Positions 14,838 through 21,800 of a DNA stretch of 42,091 nt are shown in pieces (the first letter of the stretch is position 1; every line of letters begins with the position of its first letter). Location: the NCBI GenBank assembly GCA_944325045.1, contig CALUYR010000309.1:1-42091 (forward strand). The letters run 5' to 3'. A model generated the notes under the pieces. That model was not told the origin of the DNA and did not search any database. It saw only the letters and a list, made by a program, of their open reading frames with translations. Both the position numbers and the translations under genes were made by a program. This DNA is from Candidatus Gastranaerophilales bacterium. GTDB lineage: Bacteria; Cyanobacteriota; Vampirovibrionia; Gastranaerophilales; Gastranaerophilaceae.

Positions 14838-15964
14838 TTAATATAAGCCCTCCAAATTTATACCGGACAGAATATGTGCTATAACATCAACAGTCCAGCC
14901 GTTTCCTAACATCTTATATCTCTGCGTATTGCTTACCCCTTCCGTGTAACAGTCCGGTACAGTTTGTAAGCGTTCGCATTCAAGGGGCGTAAGTTTACGA
15001 ATGCAATAATGCCCGTCCGGTAAGTTTACTTTGTAAAGCCCTGTTTTAGCACCTAGTCCCCCCCCCCATTAGCATTTAGAGATACCGACTTGCCAATAAC
15101 AGAATAAACCCTATTCCCTTGCGAACTGCTGCCATTCACATTACCTATTTTAATAGGTGCGCAGAGCATACTATCAGTATTTACCGTAGTTATGCTATTT
15201 GCTTTTCCATCTCTCTTTATTTCAAGCCGTTTCCCAAATCCGTTTCTTGTTCTCATAGCACAAGGTATAGCAACATTTGTCATTGTCATACTTCTTACGC
15301 CTTTATACATAGACGCCCCTATACTCCTAGCCTTATTGCTTAATCCTCTTACTCCGTCAAAACTATATTGGCTCGAAAGATTATCACTAATATTTATCCC
15401 CGTTTCTATAATATCCTTTAAAAAAATTTTGCAGTCATTAGGCTGGGTAACCCAAATATTAGTCCAGTAGTAACGTTTACGTTGTTGAGCTGACAATAAT
15501 GCAGAATTTATCATAATCGGTTCAACGCCTAAAATACTACTTATGGTATCTCTATCCTCATTACGCATACTAGCAACATTTTCGAGCAAAAAATATTTAG
15601 GTTTCACCTTTTCGAGAATCTCAACAAACCGCCAAAACAAACCGCTTCTCTCACCTTCTAAACCTTTACGGTTATGTTTTGCTATAGATAAGTCTTGACA
15701 TGGGCTTCCGCCCATTACTAAGTCTATATCTTCCCATGAAAAGCCTTCAATAAATTCCCAAAACTGAAAATTATTAACATCACCCAGATTAATAGCTTTA
15801 GGATAGTTTTTATCCGCTATTTTTATAGCGTACTTATCAATCTCACTTGCAAAATACTTATCGTATCCAATACCCGCCCTCTCCAGTGCGATAGCGCCGC
15901 ACCTCATACCGTCAAAAAGGCTTAAAACATTTCTAATCTTCACTCTTACAAACCTCCGAAGCAT
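14838..15964 (-). pseudogene. DNA (cytosine-5) methyltransferase interrupted by a frameshift in a G10 tract
   Basis: Frame 1 (15964-15053) holds motifs I (LFDGMRCG), IV (GGSPCQDLS), VI (LLENV) and VIII (QQRKRYYW), then ends NANGGGD*. A shifted frame (15056-14838) holds motif IX (RKLTPLECERLQTVPDCYT) and motif X (YKMLGNGWTVDVIAHIL). Confidence 0.9.
15058..15067 (-). repeat. Homopolymer: C10 on the plus strand, G10 in the coding sense; site of the methyltransferase frameshift
   Basis: Counted directly: ccc at 15058-15060 plus ccccccc at 15061-15067. Confidence 0.95.
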
Positions 15965-16544
15965 ATCTCTTCTTAATAAAATACAAACGTGCTAAGGCGT
16001 TCCATGCGACATGCGCTGCGTGATATAATCCGCTCTCCAGATCTATAGCCCGGTTTTGTTCTGCTAATAAATGACGCATTAAAGCATTGGAGTATCTCTC
16101 TTCTCCTCCAAGAACATAACGCCAATTACCTTTAGAATACTTATCAGCACCAAACGCCCATACTTTAGCAACTTCTTCGAGCGGTTCGGCAAAATCTTGA
16201 ATCATCTCACACATGCGGGGTTTACCTTTATCATATTTTATCCCTTCAACCGGTGTCATTGGTCCTGTTTCTGTTTCTGGCTCTGATTCCAGTTCAAAGT
16301 TATAGAGTTCAACATGGGGTAATAGGTACCCCGGAAAAGTTCTTACAAAATATTTCACAATATCATCAATATCGAAAATGTCTCCCCGAAAAGTATATCT
16401 CATAGGCTCTTTATTACTTAATGATACTTCGATTGAGGTGCAACCGAATGTTGTATTAAGGTCTATTCGTACTGATACTTCGCCAAAATAAAGTCTTAAT
16501 CTCTCGCAAAGTCTTTTAACAAAATCCTCATTTACTCTGTCCAT
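15933..16544 (-). CDS. Protein with a dATP/dGTP diphosphohydrolase-like (MazG-related, PF18909-like) C-terminal domain
   Basis: KYDKGKPRMCEMI...VAKVWAFGADKYSKGNWRY...ALMRHLLAE...ESGLYHAAHVAWNALARLY matches the remembered domain signature. Confidence 0.6.
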   Translation of the reverse strand: MDRVNEDFVKRLCERLRLYFGEVSVRIDLNTTFGCTSIEVSLSNKEPMRYTFRGDIFDIDDIVKYFVRTFPGYLLPHVELYNFELESEPETETGPMTPVEGIKYDKGKPRMCEMIQDFAEPLEEVAKVWAFGADKYSKGNWRYVLGGEERYSNALMRHLLAEQNRAIDLESGLYHAAHVAWNALARLYFIKKRYASEVCKSED

Positions 16545-16549
16545 TTCTC

Positions 16550-17074
16550 TTATCCTCCTATAAATGCTTTTGTACTAAACCAGTTATAATAATTCCAGCT
16601 ATATTGAATCTCCATAACTCTTTTAGAAAATATAGCTATCATGATTTTCTGACTGGGTTTCGGTGTCTCGTTTTCTGCCCCCGGAATAATAAAACCTATC
16701 TTGCCGGGAAGAAAAGCAAAAAGACAATGCGGATTTTTGATTATTAGTTCTTGATAATAATTAGTTTCCAGCCTATCAGCCGGTAAAACCATATAAACCT
16801 CTTCCGCATTCCCTTCTTGTATCTCGTTGTACGCCTTGCGTAACCAATTGCGCGTATACTTAAAAGGCGGGTTAAGAAAACACTTACCTCGCCAGCCTAT
16901 TGTTAATCCGTCATACAAACCATTGAACGCATGAAAGTCCGCCGGAATATTAGCCTCACTGCAACATACGTCCATACTAAAAAATGCCGTCTGTGCAATA
17001 TTGAGTAAACTATCGACAATCCATGACGGTGTCATATAATCATCACGCACAGAATCATAAGCCTTTTGTGCCAT
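16550..17074 (-). CDS. Phage Dam-type DNA N6-adenine methyltransferase
   Basis: The sequences DDYMTPSWIV and catalytic FLNPPFKY are seen. Size and layout fit the PF05869 family. Confidence 0.8.
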   Translation of the reverse strand: MAQKAYDSVRDDYMTPSWIVDSLLNIAQTAFFSMDVCCSEANIPADFHAFNGLYDGLTIGWRGKCFLNPPFKYTRNWLRKAYNEIQEGNAEEVYMVLPADRLETNYYQELIIKNPHCLFAFLPGKIGFIIPGAENETPKPSQKIMIAIFSKRVMEIQYSWNYYNWFSTKAFIGG

Positions 17075-17090
17075 AATGCCTCCTCGTTAT

Positions 17091-17107
17091 TTTTTGTGTT
17101 CGACAAT
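17091..17107 (-). promoter_or_regulatory. Conserved leader motif copy 6 (minus sense: ATTGTCGAACACAAAAA)
   Basis: Lies 17 nt upstream of the 17074 start and 5 nt downstream of the extended -10 tggtataat (plus-strand 17111-17119). Confidence 0.65.
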
Positions 17108-17132
17108 CTTATTATACCATAGGGAGGGGGTA

Positions 17133-17173
17133 GAAAAAGCGCCTTAACCAATTTGAAAAATCGTTCAAGGCGC
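17133..17173 (-). terminator. Intrinsic terminator after gene 17209-17622
   Basis: gcgcctt / aaggcgc 7-bp stem with a 21-nt loop, then TTTTT in the minus sense. Confidence 0.55.
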
Positions 17174-17208
17174 CGTCTCTCCGCTATCGGTATTTTAGTG
17201 AGGAAATC

Positions 17209-17622
17209 TTATATAACTTCTTCCAGAGGTTGTATATAATACCTGTTAAGTTTTTCAAAATCCTCTTTTGTAAAGTCCCCCTTAAATAAATCTATGTTAC
17301 GTTGTATTTCGTTGGCTTTATCTAATAAATTATTTATTGCGCTGCCTTTTTCACTCTCAACCTCTGCAAAGGCTTCCGCATAGATTACAAGCTTACGCGG
17401 CATTATATGCCTATATTTAAGAACTTTATAAGCAAATGAGGGGTTATCCTCTATACAGTCCATTAACTCAACTAATAAGCTATTGTTATTATTGTAACCA
17501 TTTTCAAAAAGGTTTTCAAAAATTTTTCTATTTTCCGGATATGTTTCAATCGCTTCCAATTCAATTAAATTTCTAGCCGTTTTTAAGGCTTGTGTTTGCT
17601 TTTTTGTCATATCTATACACAT
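17209..17622 (-). CDS. Hypothetical acidic protein
   Basis: RBS caggagga is present. The ATG overlaps the upstream stop (taatg). Confidence 0.6.
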   Translation of the reverse strand: MCIDMTKKQTQALKTARNLIELEAIETYPENRKIFENLFENGYNNNNSLLVELMDCIEDNPSFAYKVLKYRHIMPRKLVIYAEAFAEVESEKGSAINNLLDKANEIQRNIDLFKGDFTKEDFEKLNRYYIQPLEEVI

Positions 17623-17741
17623 TATAATATTTCCTCCTGTATAGCAATAATGATATTTGTATAATCATTATGTAACTTATCGTATGCATGCCACTGAAAG
17701 CCTATAATAGCTAGTAATGCAATAATTAAAATGTTTTTCAT
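17622..17741 (-). CDS. 39-aa hydrophobic peptide (MKNILIIALLAIIGFQWHAYDKLHNDYTNIIIAIQEEIL)
   Basis: Too short for the ORF track. RBS aaagtgagg lies 6 nt before the ATG at 17741. Motif copy 7 lies upstream. Confidence 0.5.
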   Translation of the reverse strand: MKNILIIALLAIIGFQWHAYDKLHNDYTNIIIAIQEEIL

Positions 17742-17757
17742 GTTTTCCTCACTTTCG

Positions 17758-17774
17758 TTTTTTGTGTTCGACTT
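17758..17774 (-). promoter_or_regulatory. Conserved leader motif copy 7 (minus sense: AAGTCGAACACAAAAAA)
   Basis: Lies 17 nt upstream of the ATG at 17741. Confidence 0.6.
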
Positions 17775-17776
17775 AA

Positions 17777-17869
17777 TTAACAAAATATTTTTTCTAATAT
17801 GTCGTAAACTGTCCAGCCGTTATATATTACGGTTTCAAGTATTTTAATAGGTATGAACTCAATAAGCAT
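17777..17869 (-). CDS. Possible 30-aa micro-ORF
   Basis: RBS gaggaggg precedes the ATG at 17869, which lies 10 nt after the previous stop. Confidence 0.3.
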   Translation of the reverse strand: MLIEFIPIKILETVIYNGWTVYDILEKIFC

Positions 17870-17879
17870 ATAACCCTCC

Positions 17880-18059
17880 TCATGCGTTGTATATAGCACT
17901 TTCAACCTGCGGACCGATTAAATCATATTCACTGTACAAAAATTCTTTCAATGCCCATGCACCGTAAAAAGTCCCAATTAAATCGCCGCAATTTTTAGAT
18001 AAATAGTATTTATCTTTTGCAGGGTCGTACTCAATTTCAAAATCGTAAATAGTAGCCAT
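17880..18059 (-). CDS. 59-aa hypothetical protein (MATIYDFEIEYDPAKDKYYLSKNCGDLIG...)
   Basis: Just under the ORF-track cutoff. A strong RBS gaaagtgagg precedes the ATG at 18059. Confidence 0.55.
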   Translation of the reverse strand: MATIYDFEIEYDPAKDKYYLSKNCGDLIGTFYGAWALKEFLYSEYDLIGPQVESAIYNA

Positions 18060-18091
18060 GTTTACCTCACTTTCATTTTTTCTTATACCGG

Positions 18092-18116
18092 ACGGGGCGG
18101 AGGAGCTACGCCCCGT
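18092..18116 (-). promoter_or_regulatory. Intercistronic hairpin with a conserved 9-nt loop (minus sense: acggggcg-TAGCTCCTC-cgccccgt)
   Basis: 8-bp GC-rich stem. The loop matches the 11696-11714 hairpin. Confidence 0.45.
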
Positions 18117-18149
18117 TTCGTCTTAATTCTCAAAGACTCATCAGCGGTT

Positions 18150-18818
18150 TTAATAACTCAATCCTTTTAAATCTTTTTCAAGCAACTTAATTGTAGAATT
18201 TACTTTGTCTTCAAAACGTTTAAACAATTTAGGATTAGAGAATTTAATAATCAAACGCCCATTATTATACAAAGTAACTTTACAACCATTAAATATAAAT
18301 GTTTTATTATTCTTTAAGACATTATACATTTTATGTCTTTGTTCTTTCGTTATTGCTTCCGGATTATCAAGTAAATAGATACAATTAAGAATTAAAAGCA
18401 ATCTTTTTTCCCAGCTTTTTGTCTCTTCATAGATATTATTCTGTATGATATAGCGCTCTTTTTCATTATAGCGGGACTTATTAAGGACGTCTCTATAAAA
18501 AGCGCTATAATAAAATACTTCTGGAGTAATTGCATTAATCTTTTTGGCGTGTTCTTTTACGCTTAATTCGTCCATTTTATTAAACCTTAGCGGTAAATAC
18601 CACGCCAATTCATTTTCTTTTAAAATATTGGTTAACGCTTCATGTGCATAATAATCTAAGCTGCTAAAATCTAATACTCTCGGAATTACAGTATAGAAAA
18701 CATTTTCGTATTTTTCTTGTCCGTATTCGTATGAGTCAACCAGTGCATGAAGCTTTTTTAACAGCTTTAAAGATTCAGAATATTTGCTTAATATTTTATT
18801 AGTTTCATTTTCAAACAT
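18150..18818 (-). CDS. Hypothetical protein
   Basis: 222-aa ORF with RBS aaagtgagg. Confidence 0.6.
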   Translation of the reverse strand: MFENETNKILSKYSESLKLLKKLHALVDSYEYGQEKYENVFYTVIPRVLDFSSLDYYAHEALTNILKENELAWYLPLRFNKMDELSVKEHAKKINAITPEVFYYSAFYRDVLNKSRYNEKERYIIQNNIYEETKSWEKRLLLILNCIYLLDNPEAITKEQRHKMYNVLKNNKTFIFNGCKVTLYNNGRLIIKFSNPKLFKRFEDKVNSTIKLLEKDLKGLSY

Positions 18819-18850
18819 TTTTTACCTCACTTTCAAAGGGTTATAGCCGC

Positions 18851-19558
18851 TTAGGCTATAACCTCATACTTTTTAGACCATAAATCAAGTGTTTTTTGTA
18901 CCGGTTCTTTTTTAGCTGTAATCGCTTTTACTGTTTCAATAGCCGTTACATCATCTAAGCCCCTAACCTGTTCTTTATTAAATACGGTATAACCTTTGTA
19001 ATAGATTTTTTCTTTTACTGGTTCATCTGTTTCAGTTTCATCATCTTTTTTAGATTTTGCAATAATAGCAAGAGTGATATAAGTACCGTGTTCGCCCTTT
19101 TTAACGGAGTTTTTAGCCGTTTTATACTGCGCAAATGTAGACCATTCATTAGATTGATAGTTATTTTGTAACTTTTCAATTTCTAATGTCCAGATATTCC
19201 AGCCGCTAAAATTATGCTTTGTTAAAGGGTTGCGGTGATTTGCTGGTCTTAAACCATGCTGCCAATATAAAGCAAATAGCGCACCTTCCGGAAAAGCATG
19301 TTTTAATGCTTCTTTTAATAACTCTTTTTTCAAATTGATTGTTTCGGCTGTTTCGTTTAAATCGGTTTCAGCATAATTTGAAGAAGTTTTAAACCCCTTA
19401 TCAATTCTTTTTACTGCTTTTTCAAGTTGGTTGTGTACTTCTTTTAAAATTTCGTTGCCTTTTTCGCCGTAAATATCCGGGTGATACTTTTTAACTAACT
19501 CTTTGTAAGTCGCTTTAAGCTCTTCGGACGTTTTGCATTTTTCAAAATAGTTTGTCAT
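18851..19558 (-). CDS. J-domain (DnaJ-like) / ArdC-N (DUF1738) ssDNA-binding fusion protein
   Basis: The N-terminus LKATYKELVKKYHPDIYGEKGNEILKEVHNQL carries an HPD motif. The C-terminus NPLTKHNFSGWNIW...EWSTFAQYKTAKNSVKKGEHGTYITL follows the ArdC-N pattern. Confidence 0.65.
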   Translation of the reverse strand: MTNYFEKCKTSEELKATYKELVKKYHPDIYGEKGNEILKEVHNQLEKAVKRIDKGFKTSSNYAETDLNETAETINLKKELLKEALKHAFPEGALFALYWQHGLRPANHRNPLTKHNFSGWNIWTLEIEKLQNNYQSNEWSTFAQYKTAKNSVKKGEHGTYITLAIIAKSKKDDETETDEPVKEKIYYKGYTVFNKEQVRGLDDVTAIETVKAITAKKEPVQKTLDLWSKKYEVIA

Positions 19559-19573
19559 GTTTTCCTCACTTTC

Positions 19574-19590
19574 TTTTTTGTGTTCGACTA
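19574..19590 (-). promoter_or_regulatory. Conserved leader motif copy 8 (minus sense: TAGTCGAACACAAAAAA)
   Basis: It fills the 29-nt gap between the 19588 stop and the 19558 start and overlaps the upstream stop codon. Confidence 0.6.
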
Positions 19591-19773
19591 CTCATTTATT
19601 TCATTTTTGAAATATTGTATTTGCTTAATTTCCGGATTTGATTTTAAGTTATCAATAGTTCTTTGGATTAACTCCGGCATTAAATAGATTTTATCGCCGT
19701 TTTCGGTTATAACCCTAATTTCAAACCGGTTACAGTGTTTAAATAATTTTTTTAGTGTAATTTGTTTTTTCAT
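19588..19773 (-). CDS. Hypothetical small protein, first gene of the leftward early operon
   Basis: 61-aa ORF downstream of the leftward promoter. Confidence 0.55.
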   Translation of the reverse strand: MKKQITLKKLFKHCNRFEIRVITENGDKIYLMPELIQRTIDNLKSNPEIKQIQYFKNEINE

Positions 19774-19795
19774 GTTGCTTACCTTTTATATTAAC

Positions 19796-19824
19796 ATTCT
19801 AAACGATAATATTAAGATTGTCAA
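19796..19824 (-). promoter_or_regulatory. Leftward early promoter
   Basis: On the minus strand: ttgaca, 17-nt spacer, tagaat. Confidence 0.6.
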
Positions 19825-19866
19825 GGGTATTGTTTAATATTAATGTTACAATTCTTAATATTTATA

Positions 19867-19895
19867 TTGACATTCTTAATAATACCGTTTAATAT
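19867..19895 (+). promoter_or_regulatory. Rightward promoter for the HTH regulator
   Basis: ttgaca, 17-nt spacer, taatat. It overlaps the repeated operator-like sequence ttatattRacattct. Confidence 0.55.
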
Positions 19896-19931
19896 ATAAT
19901 TGTAATACTCTATAAATGAAAGTGAGGTAAT

Positions 19932-20177
19932 ATGACTAAACCGACTACAGACAAAGACGCTGCAAAAGCTATTGAAAATCAAATCCGCGGATATATTGCT
20001 GCGTCCGGATTAACTGCGACATCATTGGCGGATTTAATAACGGAGAAATGCAACAGACCTGAAAGCGTACAAAGTTTATCGCAAAAACTTAAACGCGGTT
20101 CAATCAAATATTCAGAGGTGCTGGAAATTGCTGAAATACTTAATTATAATATTGAATGGCGCAAAAAAGGGGTATAA
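19932..20177 (+). CDS. Small HTH transcriptional regulator (Cro/CI-like position)
   Basis: GLTATSLADLITEKCNRPESVQSLSQKLKRG is HTH-like. It is divergent from the early operon. RBS is aaagtgagg. Confidence 0.6.
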   Translation: MTKPTTDKDAAKAIENQIRGYIAASGLTATSLADLITEKCNRPESVQSLSQKLKRGSIKYSEVLEIAEILNYNIEWRKKGV

Positions 20178-20189
20178 ATACCCCTTTTT
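20169..20189 (+). terminator. Intrinsic terminator overlapping the regulator stop codon
   Basis: ggggta-taaa-tacccc followed by ttttt. Confidence 0.7.
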
Positions 20190-20241
20190 CGCTATTTAAG
20201 AAAGTGAGCGATTATAAATATTTAATTATCAAAGTACAAAG

Positions 20242-20276
20242 AAAAAGCCCGCATTTTATGTTTTTGCGGGCTTTTC
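20242..20276. terminator. Bidirectional intrinsic terminator
   Basis: aaaaa-gcccgca ... tgcgggc-tttt. Confidence 0.7.
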
Positions 20277-20399
20277 ATTCACATTTTTACTAAGTTAATC
20301 AGCGTTAATATAAATTAATAAGCGTTGATTTTTTTATTTTTATAGTTTAAAATGTGAATAACCACGAAAACGCTAAAGCATGTTTGTCATGCCTTTTCG

Positions 20400-20418
20400 T
20401 TTTTTGTGTTCGACAATT
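20400..20418 (-). promoter_or_regulatory. Conserved leader motif copy 9 (minus sense: AATTGTCGAACACAAAAAA), with no protein gene downstream
   Basis: Followed only by a 5-codon ORF and then the 20242-20276 terminator. Confidence 0.55.
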
Positions 20419-20486
20419 ATTTGAGCGTAAATATCTGCAAATATTTGCGCTTTTTCTTGTCATTTTCCCACTGAAAAACAATTATG

Positions 20487-20504
20487 TTTTTTGTATCGAC
20501 AGTT
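20487..20504 (-). promoter_or_regulatory. Conserved leader motif copy 10 (minus sense: AACTGTCGATACAAAAAA, degenerate)
   Basis: 15 of 17 positions match the consensus. Confidence 0.4.
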
Positions 20505-20512
20505 ATTAAACG

Positions 20513-20588
20513 CAAAAAGCGCGTTAATAGTTAGCATTCGCCGGAGTTCATTCCGTTTCATATTTACTAACTATTAACGCGCTTTTTG
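20513..20588. repeat. Perfect 22-bp inverted repeat with a 32-nt spacer
   Basis: caaaaagcgcgttaatagttag (20513-20534) is the exact reverse complement of ctaactattaacgcgctttttg (20567-20588). Confidence 0.9.
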
Positions 20589-20759
20589 TTTGCTATATCC
20601 TAAACAATAGCCGGATTTTATACCGATTGCGCCAAAAGTTTAGAATGCGTTTAATAATTTTGCTTTAATTCTAATAAAAAATAATTAATATGTCAATAGG
20701 TTTATTAAATTATATTAATGCTGATATAGACTAATAAAAGCATATTTCAAACGGTTTTT

Positions 20760-21075
20760 AACCTTACCTTCTTACATCTGGTTTTTATGTAAGGCTGTAA
20801 GGTAAGATTTATATTAAAATTATATTAAGATAGGTAAGGCGTGAGCCTTTGAAAATCTTTTAATTTTTTATGTTTTTTATGTAAGATAGGTAATATTAAT
20901 GTAAGTTATATGTAAGGCGTGAAAATCAATAATAATAATATTTTTAATATTAACCTTACATATCTTACATGTAAAAATATAATATTAAATATTATAAATA
21001 TGGGGTTTTTAGCGCATAAGGCTATAAGCTCAAAAAAACTTTTGTTCATTTTAGAGGTAAGATAGGTAAGATATT
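20760..21075. repeat. Iteron-like cluster of GTAAG-containing repeats in both orientations
   Basis: Repeat types are TTTTTATGTAAG, TAAGATAGGTAAG and GTAAGGCGTGA. At least 10 copies of GTAAG/CTTAC occur. taagataggtaa recurs at 20826, 20882 and 21058. gtaaggcgtga recurs at 20834 and 20912. Confidence 0.8.
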
Positions 21076-21120
21076 TTTTATGTGATTAAATTTTATAACT
21101 TTTTGAGATTTTCGCGCGCT

Positions 21121-21264
21121 GAACTTTGAAAAATTTATTAAATGCTTTTATTAACTTTTTAATTTTTTGCCTCGATTTACACAAACTTTGAAAAGTCCGT
21201 TTTGATATATCTTTTGTATATACTATTTTGTTTTAAATTTTGATGACTTTATGAACTTTGAAAT
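21121..21264 (+). repeat. Three exact AACTTTGAAA direct repeats spaced 62 and 69 nt apart
   Basis: Copies at 21122-21131, 21184-21193 and 21253-21262. A related cctttgaaaat lies at 20846-20856. Confidence 0.8.
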
Positions 21265-21558
21265 TTCATATTTCATACGAGCCGATTTAAGAGCCTTAAA
21301 AAGATTAATTATATAATTTTTTACCCCTTATCCGCTTTTTACATAATTTTTATTATCAGTATATAGCGAAGCGATAGAAAAAAGAGCCTAAAACGCTGTC
21401 ATAGCTTGAAATTGTATTAAGCATATTATGTTATATATTCATGTCTTAATATGCTTAAAACTCAATAGGCATAAGGGTTTAATACTTATAAAACTATTAG
21501 CCTATATTTTAAAATGCCGCGAGCATAATATTTTGCTATTAAAAAATGCAAAGCCTTT

Positions 21559-21633
21559 AGGGGAGCCCCCTTGTTTTTGACCCCTATGCGACCCCGAGGC
21601 CGGCGCTCTCTCTGACGGGGGAGGACCCCTCTG
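21559..21633. other. Isolated GC-rich island in the AT-rich non-coding region; candidate cos/pac site or structured RNA
   Basis: Sequence: aggggagcccccttgtttttgacccctatgcgaccccgaggccggcgctctctctgacgggggaggacccctctg. It contains gaccc(c) three times and G-runs and C-runs able to pair. Confidence 0.4.
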
Positions 21634-21758
21634 TTTATTTAATAGCCCTCAAATTTTCAGACTTTATAGGTTAGGAATCCTACAAAAAATTTTCCGAAAA
21701 TAAAATTTTTACGAACATTTACGCATATTAACGGAACTCAATCAAATTTTACAAAACA

Positions 21759-21788
21759 TTGAGAAATTAAGCGATATAAGCTTATAAT
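21759..21788 (+). promoter_or_regulatory. Promoter of the late/structural operon
   Basis: ttgaga, 18-nt spacer, tataat, followed by motif copy 11. Confidence 0.55.
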
Positions 21789-21800
21789 GTAAGTAAAATA

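Noticed and set aside
19932-20177. Lysogeny module (a CI-like repressor implying a temperate lifestyle).
   Set aside because: No integrase, recombinase, excision-site or partition gene is recognisable anywhere. A single small HTH gene is insufficient evidence, so the lifestyle is left open.
20760-21075. Repeat field, considered as a CRISPR array.
   Set aside because: The repeats are short, occur in both orientations and have irregular spacing and variable sequence. No cas genes are present.
21559-21633. GC-rich island, considered as a tRNA or tmRNA-like gene.
   Set aside because: No cloverleaf could be drawn, there is no GTTCRANYC T-loop, and there is no acceptor-stem pairing.
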